A DNA stretch of 64,000 bases, taken from Octopus vulgaris (lineage: Eukaryota). Numbering within the stretch: the first letter of the stretch is position 1; the number at the start of each line of letters is the position of its first letter. The stretch covers positions 93,868,001 to 93,932,000 of the forward strand of contig OX597815.1 in assembly GCA_951406725.2 (NCBI GenBank). Reading direction: 5' to 3'. The notes beneath the pieces were generated by a model. It did not search any database, had not been told where the DNA came from, and was given only the letters and a program-made list of their open reading frames with translations. Position numbers and translations under genes: made by a program. Shown piece by piece: positions 53,301 to 64,000 of this stretch.

Positions 53301-56300
53301 CACGATCTACTAGAAATAGCAACCAAAATATCTTAAAAAGGAAGGTAATATAATCCTGATACATTATGCCTTTAAAAAAATCATATGGTCATAGCTGGAA
53401 TGCCTTTGATCAGTTTTGGGTTTTTTTTGCGGTGACCAGTATTAGGGCCAAACAATAACAATAATTGTAGTTGGATGGAAATGTGGATGTCTCTATACAT
53501 AAAAAAGTTTTTCAACAATCTTAAAGGAATAAATTGCACTAATTAACCATGATAGAATACAGCAAGTTGCTGATTGTGCCATCAGATCACATCCATTAGC
53601 ATCACATGAACAACAGGATAAATCTTGGGATAAGACACCAGTCTTTTGCAAACAACATTCCCAGACAACCCAAAGCTTGTTCCCCATACTTTCTATCTGC
53701 ATACTGTCTGTCCTGTCCTAAGTGACAATGGAACAATCTCTGATGCTAATCCACTCAGCTAATTCTATCAATTGAAAGATTAGAAATGAATAAAATTGAA
53801 ACTGTTCTAATTACTTCAGATTTAGCAGTTTCATCAGCAGTACCATCACTTTTTTTATCTTCGGATCCACTTTCTTTTTTCTTAGATTTGACAACTTTGG
53901 CTTCTTCGGTGCTATCTGGCAAGGGAAGACGATAGAAGCCACAATAACCAATTCCTCGAACCTGAAAATGAAGAATTTAGTACAGAAGTTATATAAATAC
54001 TCAGGTAACAGTGTAGATCAGTTATATATTATAAACATACATAAATGTATACAGGAGATTGATACTCAGTGTTAAATGTCATACACTGGCACATAAAGAT
54101 AACAGTGGAGATTGTCATTCATTATCCAGTCTAGCCTGGAGTTTTGTTATTTTGATTATTGTCATAAACTGTGGAGGAAACCTGTGGAAGAAGTAGATCC
54201 AGGAAAACATGATCTTCAAACACTGAGCCTCATGGAGGCAATGACAAGTGACCAAGACCTTTGGCGATATGCCATGCTTGAGAAGACTTATCAAGCCAAA
54301 TGAAACCATAGTCATGGCCAATGTTGACGTCAACAGGCACATAAAAAACACCCTTTGAATATTAGGCCTCATAGAGGTGATAAGTGACTGAGACCTTTGG
54401 TGATATGCTGTGCTTGAGAAGGCTCATCAAGCCAAGCTGATGCTGGTGCCACGTAACTGGCACTTCATGCCAGTGGCATGTAAAAAGCACCCATTACATT
54501 CTTGGAGTGGTTGGCATTAGGAAGGGCATCTAGCTGTCGAAACCATGCAAATCAGATAGGGACCTGGTGCAGCTCTCCAGCTTACAAATTTCAGTCAAAC
54601 TGTCTAACCCATGCCAGTATGGAAAGCAGATGCTAAATAATGATGATAATTATCCTTAGAGCAACAAACAAAATGCTTAGCGCCTTTCTTCTTTGTCATT
54701 CATCTTTTCAGGGCCGATAAGAAGGGACCAATGCAATTGACTAATTTCTTTCCCTAAAACTGCTTGCTGGCTTTGTGCCAAAACTTGAAACTGATAAGCC
54801 AGCAAGCTTGCAGAATCATTTGAGTATTTGAAAATATGCTTTATGGTATTTGTTTCAACTCTTTAATTCCGAGTTCAAATCCCACTGGGGCCAACTTTGC
54901 CTAGCACCCTTTCAGTGTCAATAAAATGTACTTGTCATGTATTAGGGTTCGATGTAATTGACCTGTTCACTCCCCTCAAAATTAGAATTATTACCTCCGC
55001 CTTAGCGAAAGTGGAGGTGTTGTTTTCAGTCGTGTTCGTTTGTTTGTCCATTGACAAGATATCTCAAGAACCGCTGGATAGATTCAGATGAAACTTTCAG
55101 GAATGTTAGGCCTCGTGACTGGCACAAACTGATTAGATTTTAGGATTGATCCAGTACCGGACAAGGATTCTGGATTATTTTTCCTGTTTTTTAACTTAAT
55201 TTTTGAGAGCAGTCAGGTTCATTTTTGAACCTGACTGCTCTCATTGGTGAGGGCAGTTGAGTTTATTTCAGATATTCTCATTTTAAAAATCATCTCTGGC
55301 TAATTGTTGAGAGGACATTGGTGTTGCCTTGATGGAGGTTTGTGCTCTGAGTGGTCTTGCTATTATTAGTATTTGAAACACCAACTCTTTAACTGATATC
55401 TTAATAGTTCAGATACAAGTCACTCTCACATTTGAGACAAACCACTTGAATAAATTAACTCATACAAACAGAATTCCAACTAATTTAATTCTGTAGACAA
55501 AACCCATAAATAGTCCAGATCATCATCTAACGTCCGCTTTCCATGCTGACATGGGTTGGATGGTTTGACTGAGGTCTGGAGAGCCAGTGGTTGCACCAGG
55601 CTCCAATCTGATCTGGCAATGTTTTTACACATTCAGATGGTGCTTTTTACACGCCACCAGCATAAGAGCCAGTCTGTAGATACTGGCATTGGCCACAATT
55701 GGTTGGTGCTTTTTACGTGCCCACCGGTACAAGAGCCAGTCAGGTGGACCTGGCATCGACCACGTTCGGATGGTGCTTTTTATGTGCCACCAGCATGAGA
55801 GCCAGTCAGGGGGCACTGGCCACAGCTACAATATTGGTTTTACTTGACTCAACAGGTCTTCTCAAGCATATCATATCGCCCAACGCATCAGGGGTATTCT
55901 TAACAGGGCAGGACATGTGTGGCTGCAATCTTACTTTACTTGCCAGGTTTTCTCAATCACAGCATATCTCCAATGGTCCCGGTCTCCCGTCATTGCCTCT
56001 GTGAGGCCCAATGTTCGATGGTCATGCTTCATCACCTCATCCCAAGTCTTCTTGGGTCTACCTCTTCCACAGATTCCTTCTACAGTCAAGGGAGTATCAC
56101 TTCCTCACACAGCTGTCTTCATTCATACATAACACATGACCATACCAGCACAGATGCCTCTTTTGCACACCACACTTGATGCTTCTTATGCCCAACTTAT
56201 CTCTCAGGGCACTTACACTGTTGTGTATGCACACTGACATAACACATCTAGCAGATCATACCAACTTCATTTCTTTCAAGCCTATGCATGTCCTCAATAG

Positions 56301-59300
56301 GCATGGCCCATGTTTCACTGCCATGTAGCATGGCAATTCACACACATGCATCATACAGTCTACTTTTCACTCTGAGCAAGAGGCCCTTAGTTGCCAGCAG
56401 ATGAAGGAGCTCCCTGAACTTTGCCCAGGCTATTCTTGTCAACACTTAAGAAGTTTTTACTTTAATGGCTTAGTGAGAGGAGGAAGTTATTTGTTAGTCC
56501 AGACAGCTAGCCAGAATGCTTGTAACAGAAAGGACTCTACAAAAAATACTCAAGGGACAAGCAATGATGTTAAACTGGGTGAAGGATTAATTCTACCATC
56601 CAGTTAACTCTGACACAGCATTGGTTGACCCAAAGATTATGATAAAAGGCACTTTCTCAACGTACCATGCAGTGCAATGTGATTCAACCCAAAACAGTAT
56701 ACTCGTGAAGTGATCTTCTAAAGCCATGCCTGTGCCCACAAGTAAAGAGAGAGACATGCGTGGTTAGGGGATTTGATCTACATGAGGCTCCATAGCTTCG
56801 ATTAAACTGAGGTCACTCATTCTATTGGCAAACTCTAAGTCATCTATAGACATTTCCCATTTACTAATGAATTGCACTTCAGTATATCTTCAAAGACACA
56901 TTGTACTGCATGGTGCAAACAAGAGCTGATCGAATGAATGAAAGGCCGTATGAAATTTGTATGTTAAGAACCGGACAAAATACTTCAACACATTAAGTCT
57001 AGTACCTTACAGTTTTTAACAACTCTTTATTCCTTTACTTTGTAATTATTACTATACATACAATAACAGTCTCTTTTCACAACATATCATTGGTCACTTT
57101 GCTATCTTCCCACTTCATTTGCTTATTTCAAATAATTCCAACTAATATGATGGAATCAAAATAAAAAAGGACTTAACTTCAAAGAACTGAATTAACTCCC
57201 AGTATATTATAGTACTATTTTATAAACCCTGAAACGTGAAAGTTAAGTCAGGTCTATTAGGGTTTGAACTTAGAATATACAAAGATGTAACTAAAAACTG
57301 CAAGGCATTTTATCTGGTGGCCTACCAAGTCTGTCATTTACTACTCTAAAAACAACAATCATCATCACCATTTAATGATCCATATTCAATGCTGGCACGG
57401 CTGAATGGTTTGACAGGATCCAGTGGGTCCAAGGACTGCATTGTATTCCCATATCTGCTTGCAGTGATTTCTACAGCTGGGTCCCCTGGCTAATACTAAT
57501 CACATTTAAGCACATAATGAGTGGTTTTTATGGTACCAGCACTAAAAAGATTGCCATGCAGCTTGCAAAAATAAGATCCCTTTCAACTGAATGGGACTAC
57601 AGTACACAGGGAAGCAGCTTTATGCTAGGAGATAAAGGGTTAAAGCCTAAGAGATGGAGTCAGAGAAGAACAGGCTTCTTGCTGTAGAGGAACTACATAG
57701 TTCCTTACATAAAAGTAGAGAGTGGGAGTGCCTGGGATAGAGATGGAAAGAGATAAAAATAACGGTGATGAGGTGTTGGGGTGGACCCTCAAGGTACAAA
57801 GTGAGTATAAGTGAGTGGGAACAGGAGAACTCAGTAGAAGTTGCAAGAATAGGGTGAGCAATAGATTGTTAGAGATCAGAAATGAATGGGTGGGGTGAGT
57901 ATAATGAAGAACAAGAATTGAGGGATGATAAGTAGGAAAGAATGAATCACTTACCAATTGAACGGAACCAAATCGAACACCTCGCTCAAGAGCAACCTTT
58001 AGAAGGCCTGGTTTTAAATCAACCCGGAGGGCAGGATATTTTGCCCCAATATACTGTTTCAACCAATGAAAACGAACGCCTTTTTTCTGAACCACTTTGT
58101 TAAGTAAAACCACAAGTAAACTGACAGTGTATAACAATCATGTTTGATATAATCAATGATTCATATTACTTTGGTATTATTGGTAACCTTTTAACTTAAT
58201 TCATTATTTAATCTTCATCCTTCATATAATTCATTTTACAATGTTCCCACCAAAGTAACATATGCCCCACCCTTCCACAGCAGAAACAGAGCCAGCTTGG
58301 GGAAAGTTAGCTCAATTTACAGTATTATTTTTTTTTTGTCAACCAAACAGAAAACACTGAGTGATGATAAAAATTGTTGGTGTTCATGTTGGTTCCAAAG
58401 AGTCATTAATATGAATAAGGGGAAAGCTTAAAAACAAGTATTGAAACTGTATCACAGCCAACTTTGAGAAAGATGAACAATCTAGTTATTGTTATAACTA
58501 TGGACCATCTACTTATAAATACAGAAAAAGACAGGATGGTCATGACCAAAATGTATTTTATCAAAGGTTCGCTACACAACTGCATCACAGTTTTGGGTCA
58601 GTCAACAGGTACTAAGTACTACAAAAATACTGTTGTGGTGAAGACAGCAACTAGGTAGCAGACACAACAGGATAAACAATAAGCTCTCAGTGAGAGAAAT
58701 CTATAATATGCTTTTAGATACCACTTGCAACAACTTTCACTTCACTTAGTGTCAACAGCAGTCATCACTTCCTGTTTTGAGGGAATATATCTGTGTAGGT
58801 GCACAATCTGCTAAAAATAGCAATCACATCTCCCAAAAATCACACTCAAATATATATTACAATAATATTGAAGTTAGCAGCACTTGCTCAATCATCAAAG
58901 TTCAGTAACTAGCTATGCTAGTAGTCTCTTCAGTGGAACAGTTATTCTTGTTTCTATAACATTTTTATAGCTAACAAAATTGTGTCAACTTTCTACAACT
59001 TAATAAAGCATACATATGTCATAGTATGATTTAATAACTTTTCATGTTGTAGTTGTATAAGCACCACTGTACAATATAACTTAATAACTATCATGTGTCT
59101 CAGTACTATGATTTGTCAACTATATACTTGTCTCAGTGCTATAAATTACTAACTACGCTTGCCACAGATGTGTAATCTAATAACTAATAGATGTGTAACA
59201 TGTAACAAAGAACAGCCATACAGTACTCCTGTAAAAACACCCAGCAATAACCAATACATACAGCTCGCAGGTTCTTAAGTTATTGAAGTGTTAACTAATC

Positions 59301-59878
59301 ACAATTTCAACTTTTTCCTCTTCACAGCAAACTAACTTACTCTACTTTCTAAACTTCTTTTTATTTCCTATTTGACAACTTCATTAAGTTTCTTGGATTC
59401 TACTGTTTCATTAAATGAAATATGTTTGCTCAGTTTGATTCACGAAAAGTTTTGTAAAACAGATATATACTTGAAGGAATATATGAATGAATGAAAAGAT
59501 AGAAATAAAAGGATACAGGATTTCCTGACTCTTTCAGAGCTTCATCAATAATGTCTTTCATTTTTAATCGCAATGACTCAGCTTGCACTGTTGGTTTTTT
59601 CTTTGGTTTCTTTTCTTTTAACAAACCTTTATAAGCCGAAGTTTCCTTGATACCAATACCTTTTCCAAATTTCTGGCGCACAATCTAGTAATTTGAAATA
59701 TTAATTAATCATTGATTAATTTATCATATAGGTAAGACATTCCATTTAAAAATCATACTTATCAAATATAAACAAAGCATTTAAATAATCTAATTTGATG
59801 ATGCTAGAAGTAAAATGCAAAGTTAATCAAGTACACACCATTATAATACATGTAAGCCATTGAACTAGAAAAATACTC

Positions 59879-59922
<44 letters not shown>

Positions 59923-62487
59923 AACCTAGTAGTAACATACAACTATATATAGATCATTAAACATTTTACAAACGCAAAATCAAAATCAAACTCGATGACT
60001 GGCGTCTGTGCTAGCATTGACAGAGCGGCTAACTGGCTTCTGTGTGGGTGGCACTTAAAGGGCACCATTCCAGCGTGATTGTTACCAGCATTGCCTTACT
60101 GGTACTTGTGCCCGTGCTAGTAGGGTGCCAAGGGCACCATCCGGGTGTGATCGTTGCCAGAGCAGCCAACTGGCTTCCATGCCAGTGGCACATAAAAGGG
60201 CACCATTCGAGTGTGATTGTTACCAACGTCACCTTACTGGCACCTGTGCTGGTGGCATGTGTAAAAGGATTCGAGCGAGGTCGTTGCCAGTACCGCCTGA
60301 CTGGCCCCCATGCCGGTGGCGCGTAAAAAGCACCCACTACACTCTCGGAGTGGTTGGCGTTAGGAAGGGCATCGAGCTGTAGAAACTCTGCCAAATCAAG
60401 ATTGGAGCCTAGTGCAGCCATCTGGTTCGCCAGCCCTCAGTCAAAATCGTCCAACCCATGCTAGTATCGAAAGTGGACATTAAACGATGATGATGATGAT
60501 TAAACCAAATAGTAAGAAACTCTTAAATGTTAAAATTAGGTAATGAAACTTAAATGAATTGGTATAAGATACCTAATGTATTGATTGTATAGAAACAGGA
60601 GTAATAATGGTTCATCTGCCATCTGTGTTAAGCTCAGATGACACCAACTTCTATAGCTGTGATATATAATATATCTTCACATGAATCATATATTGATATT
60701 TCATACACCATCAATGACTTTCATATCTCAGATAAGATATCTAACAGTAATATTTACTGTATTACGCAATGATCTTTCAATTCTTAGGAACAGTCATTAG
60801 ATTATGTATAATCTACCAATATGGATAGCTTAATACAAAATAAAAAAAAGCTTGTGCTTTCAAGGATAGTTAAGGGCTACATATAGAACATTACAAAGTA
60901 GCCAAGTACATATAATTCTTCAAACATTGGTCAAAGCAATACACCAAATTTGATAAAGAATTAAAGTATTGTGTAAAAATAAAGAGAAATCTAAATAAAA
61001 TTAATAAGATGAATTGTTGATGTAGATCAAGAAAATCTAGGATTAAATTGGCAGTGTAGATACTCTAATGTAGAATTGATAAATAGGTGACAATAATAAA
61101 GTATAACAGAATCCACTTCCAAGTAACTAACTTAGTAAACAGTAAACCTCATTGTAAACAGTAAACCCAAACTGATAAAACAGTAAACCTCGTCTTCGGA
61201 TAGGAAAGATTTTTCAATACATTTATATTATACAAATATATGCATTAGTGATCTAGAGGAAAAGGACATTATCAGACTTAACTTAAAAGTAAAAGTTACT
61301 ACTTCTAATATAGTCTGGAACAATGAATCATCATCATCGTCGTCGTTTAACATCCACCTTCCTTGCCAGCATAGATGGAACAATGAATACTTCCACTAAT
61401 AAGACACCTGATGACAATTGGAGGTCACCTGATCAAAATATGGTGTAGATTTTTAAAAATATTTCTACTATGAAAATGAGATCAGTAGTCAAAAAAAAAA
61501 ATCGTATTACAAACTCACCTCAGACATTTATTTAGATATTTAAGAAATTAGTCAAATTATTACCTTTTTAAAGTTAGGAATATCCACAACTTTGGATGCA
61601 TCTAACTGACAGGTTTCAGCATAGTAATCATAGAGTATTAACATTGAAATAGATGTGCTGTCTCGCTCTTCAAAGTTATCATCAAGCCTAAAATGAAAAA
61701 TTTGTGTAAAACATAAAACTATAACTACAGTGAAATATATAGTTTGGTATCAAATAAGAAAGATATAAAATAAAGAATTCAGAAGTTTTAGTAAAATTTG
61801 AGAACTATAGGCATGTCAGAAAATTAAACATAAATTAAATGTAGACAAAAATAGATGTTACTAATAATATATATTAAAATAAGGATTGGTTACAGAATAA
61901 TTTGTTGTATAATTAACAATGAAAATGTGGGAATTTCCATTGCTTACATTAGTACGAGGCCACAAATGTATTAGTGGTATATTACATTGAATCTATATGC
62001 TACTGGTATATTTTGATGAACTCAAATGAATAAAAAGGAAATGTTAATATCATCAGAAAGAAAAAGAATGTAGCAAAATATAAGAAATCACTCTGGCCAG
62101 CATTCTATTAAATTCTGCCACCAAACATTCTCAAATTAAGAAATATTAAAAAACAAACCATTCCATCAACTTGAGCTCAGCAGCAGGAACATTTCTTTTA
62201 CGTTTTTCTGTCAAAACTGTATCATCTAATCTAGAAAGAATCTTTGACCCAGCTCCACTTGATTTGGCTGTCTCAGTGGTAGGCTGCTTGGCTTTATTCT
62301 TTGTGTCTGTTTTAGTAGGAGTAGCTGCTGCTGTACTGGATTCAGATCGGTTTGAAGCATCTTCATCTGCTGCAGATGGTGTTGCAGTGGATGCTGCTGT
62401 GCTTGCTGCAGCAGCTGCTTTAGATTGTTGTGCAGTCTTTTCAGCAAGGTATTCTGCTGTCACTCTCTTGAGTTTGATGGCTGGCAT
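47163..62487 (-). CDS. HP1BP3: HP1BP3-like chromatin protein: three linker-histone H15 domains plus an N-terminal RFX-like winged-helix domain, 568 aa
   Basis: Ten coding exons 62487-62159, 61687-61564, 59684-59517, 58086-57955, 53961-53815, 51628-51487, 50366-50210, 49218-49106, 48044-47867 and 47379-47163 join in frame (1707 nt). The three H15 repeats are KMKDIIDEALKESGNPKKGVRFHWLKQYIGAKYP...VRGIGYCGFYRL, KIEDTFPLAITFMSEPKEASVSRIKRYIQDFYP...QVTGTGASGTFRL and VEDMVCLAIVATHEPKQASALLIKRYV...QLSGIGASGTFQL. They match recalled human HP1BP3 (KLEDVLPLAFTRLCEPKEAS, GKGASGTFQL, PYYPSP). Confidence 0.92.
47867..48044 (-). CDS. HP1BP3: HP1BP3-like exon (ETVEDMV...KKNII), H15 domain 3
   Basis: ttcag / gtaatt boundaries. 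Confidence 0.92.
49106..49218 (-). CDS. HP1BP3: HP1BP3-like exon (LKKALEKG...GASGTFRL...NPGK)
   Basis: gtcag / gtgagt boundaries. Confidence 0.92.
50210..50366 (-). CDS. HP1BP3: HP1BP3-like exon (KKKKKPKH...EPKEAS...NAEV), H15 domain 2
   Basis: tgcag / gtaaga boundaries. Confidence 0.92.
51487..51628 (-). CDS. HP1BP3: HP1BP3-like exon (DAGENGSDEKK...KSRKAKK), charged linker
   Basis: atcag / gtgatt boundaries; phase 0/1 fits neighbours. Confidence 0.85.
53815..53961 (-). CDS. HP1BP3: HP1BP3-like exon (VRGIGYCGFYRL...TAKSE)
   Basis: tttcag / gtaatt boundaries, 147 nt, phase 0/0. Confidence 0.9.
54160..54650 (+). mobile_element. RTE LINE 3' fragment
   Basis: KHDLQTLSLMEAMTSDQDLWRYAMLEKT ORF end plus UTR and tail. 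Confidence 0.78.
54988..55362 (+). mobile_element. Helentron/HINE (DINE-1-like) non-autonomous element
   Basis: ttattacctccgcc..ggagg subterminal IR, (gttt)n microsatellite, 3' ggagg plus small hairpin; T-rich flanks. Confidence 0.55.
55519..56447 (-). mobile_element. RTE-clade LINE 3' end (ORF C-terminus, internally repetitive 3'UTR, (GAT)n tail)
   Basis: RIAWAKFREL, MLHGSETW, WYGHV and RPKKTWDEV remnants continuing into the gccagtggcacataaaagcacc-repeat UTR. Confidence 0.85.
57955..58086 (-). CDS. HP1BP3: HP1BP3-like exon (KKGVRFHW...GSVQL), H15 domain 1
   Basis: U12-like branch TTTTACTTAAC then ttcag; gtaagt donor. Confidence 0.9.
58087..59516 (-). other. U12-type GT-AG intron of the HP1BP3-like gene
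   Basis: 5' splice site GTATCCTTTT (59516-59507); branch-like TTTTACTTAAC followed by aaagtggttcag. Confidence 0.88.
59015..59195. repeat. Degenerate minisatellite of about 31-bp units inside the HP1BP3 U12 intron
   Basis: Recurring ..tgtctcagtactat..taataact.. Confidence 0.55.
59517..59684 (-). CDS. HP1BP3: HP1BP3-like exon (IVRQKFGKGIGIKETSAY...KESGNP)
   Basis: tactag acceptor; followed by U12 donor GTATCCTTTT. Confidence 0.9.
59975..60500 (+). mobile_element. RTE LINE 3'UTR copy (CpG-rich, relatively young)
   Basis: Internal tandem subrepeats and (GAT)n tail. Confidence 0.82.
61564..61687 (-). CDS. HP1BP3: HP1BP3-like exon encoding the RFX-like helical core (WLDDNFEE...PNFKK)
   Basis: 124 nt; ttttag acceptor, gtaata donor; phase 2/0; open frame. 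Confidence 0.88.
62159..62487 (-). CDS. HP1BP3: HP1BP3-like first coding exon (MPAIKLKRV...ELKLME)
   Basis: ATG in gcaccATG context, 14 nt after a ttccag acceptor (exon starts 62501, so a 5'UTR exon lies further upstream); gtttgt donor; low-complexity A/S/T/K sequence with a KRKR NLS-like motif. Confidence 0.85.
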
Positions 62488-64000
62488 GGTGCAATATAAA
62501 GCTGGAAATAAGAAAATAAATACTTTTAATAACAATATGCATTTATTAGAAAGAAATTTATTTTAATTATAAATGATGTTGACAAAGCCACTTCTACATT
62601 ATACCATCACCTACATAAACTTTAAAGGAAACTTCCTAACAATAAAGAAGTACATCATATCTGTATAGCTACACCATCCTCACCATAATTTTTGTATGCT
62701 TCAACACATCTGCCTATATATATGAAGGTTTCGTCATCTGTTCTGATCCTATGCTTTGACATTATACTACACAGATTATTTACAACTACAAAATGCATCA
62801 TGCAGTGATCAATTTTACTTAGCAACATTACCTGATTTCTATGCAATTTACATGACACCATCACATTTCTATACCATATATCTAAACCATATATGCTGCA
62901 TTTCTCAGTCACCTACATTAACACCATCACTCTTCTAACAATGTATTATACAAATATCACATAATTCACTTTATTCTGTAAAACGTCTTACATTCAGCTG
63001 ATAAGTGAAATAATTAAAAAGTTCAACATCAGCACATAACTTTCCATTTAAATCATCATATTTAATACTCTTTAATGAGATGATACAGTTCATATAGTCA
63101 ACTCTATTATATAACTGATACTTATTTTATAAACACTAGCAGAATGAAAGGCAAACTTCACTACAGTAAAAAAATAAACATTTAACTAAAGAAAAGTTTC
63201 ATGCTTCTCAAGTTCTGGTGTTCTATTTTATCCTTTAAGCTTTAAAAAAGAGAGAGAGAGAGATGGTAGGGTGGTGGGAGAGAAAGAATAATTTCACTTC
63301 AAACTCGTTGCACTTTAATGACTATTAAGACACAAATCTTTTGGAAAAGAGCCCCTCTTAAACTTGATAAAATATCTTTGATATCAATATATTTCTCTAT
63401 GAGAATATAATTTTGGAGTGAGTGCTATTATTGGCAAGAAAAATTATACCGAAATTTAGGCAATAACTTAGTTACCTCCCTTGTTATACAACTATCCTGA
63501 ATGCATATTAAAAATCTGTTATTTGCACAATACAAAACAGTTGGAAGTTAAAACTGATGCAGTATATGAGAAATGTATTGAAGCTAAGTGAGAAAACGAA
63601 AAAATATCTATTGAAATAGTATACAGTGACTCATAGAAAACCACAACAAATTATCTATTATTTATTTTGCAGGCATCTAAAAACACTAGCCTTGATGATC
63701 ATTTGAGTTGAAAGGAGTCCAACAAGATAATGATTTACAATTCATAAAAAAACTTGATAGGTAAGTGAAAGCAAAGCTAACGTCATTAAAAGGTAATGAC
63801 ACTGAAAGTACCTATTCTTAATTTAGGAGCTAGAGAGAACTTATATTTCCAATGTATAGTTCTTTCATTTTACTTCTGCTGGTAATAATTTGAGAAAAGG
63901 CATGAATATCACAACTTCTCTCTCACAAACATCACTAGAGATGATCCCTTGTTTATCACAATTATCTTGACAAGTGATTCTATCTACAAGTAAAAGTATG

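Noticed and set aside
61386-61447. acac-CTGATGA...aaaa-tat-ggtgt hammerhead-like remnant in an HP1BP3 intron
   Set aside because: GAAA box and stem II are broken; at best a dead copy.
62171-62566. 131-aa plus-strand ORF
   Set aside because: Antisense shadow of the Ala/Ser/Thr-rich HP1BP3 first coding exon.

Overview
AT-rich eukaryotic genomic DNA. The repeat content (tRNA-derived and Nin-domain-like SINEs, RTE, CR1 and Dong/R4 LINEs, Penelope-like units, abundant microsatellites) suggests an octopus/coleoid cephalopod; this is inferred from repeat style only. Two spliced genes converge tail to tail. (1) An LRMDA (C10orf11/OCA7) orthologue on + with six exons at 7337-21120; its first exon was not found. 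(2) An HP1BP3-like chromatin gene on - with ten coding exons at 47163-62487 (568 aa, three H15 domains). Each gene has one clear U12-type (minor spliceosome) GT-AG intron. The most notable signal is an extra N-terminal domain in the HP1BP3-like protein that aligns without gaps to the RFX4/6 winged-helix DNA-binding domain but lacks the DNA-reading wing. Between the genes lie two sequence-unrelated type-I hammerhead ribozyme motifs in Penelope/retrozyme-like partial tandem units, both with an AA/AA internal loop in stem II. The same interval holds mariner and Helitron-like relics and piggyBac-type MITEs. Nearly all ORFs in the supplied track are repeat or microsatellite artefacts. All alignments were done by eye against remembered reference sequences; no database search was run.
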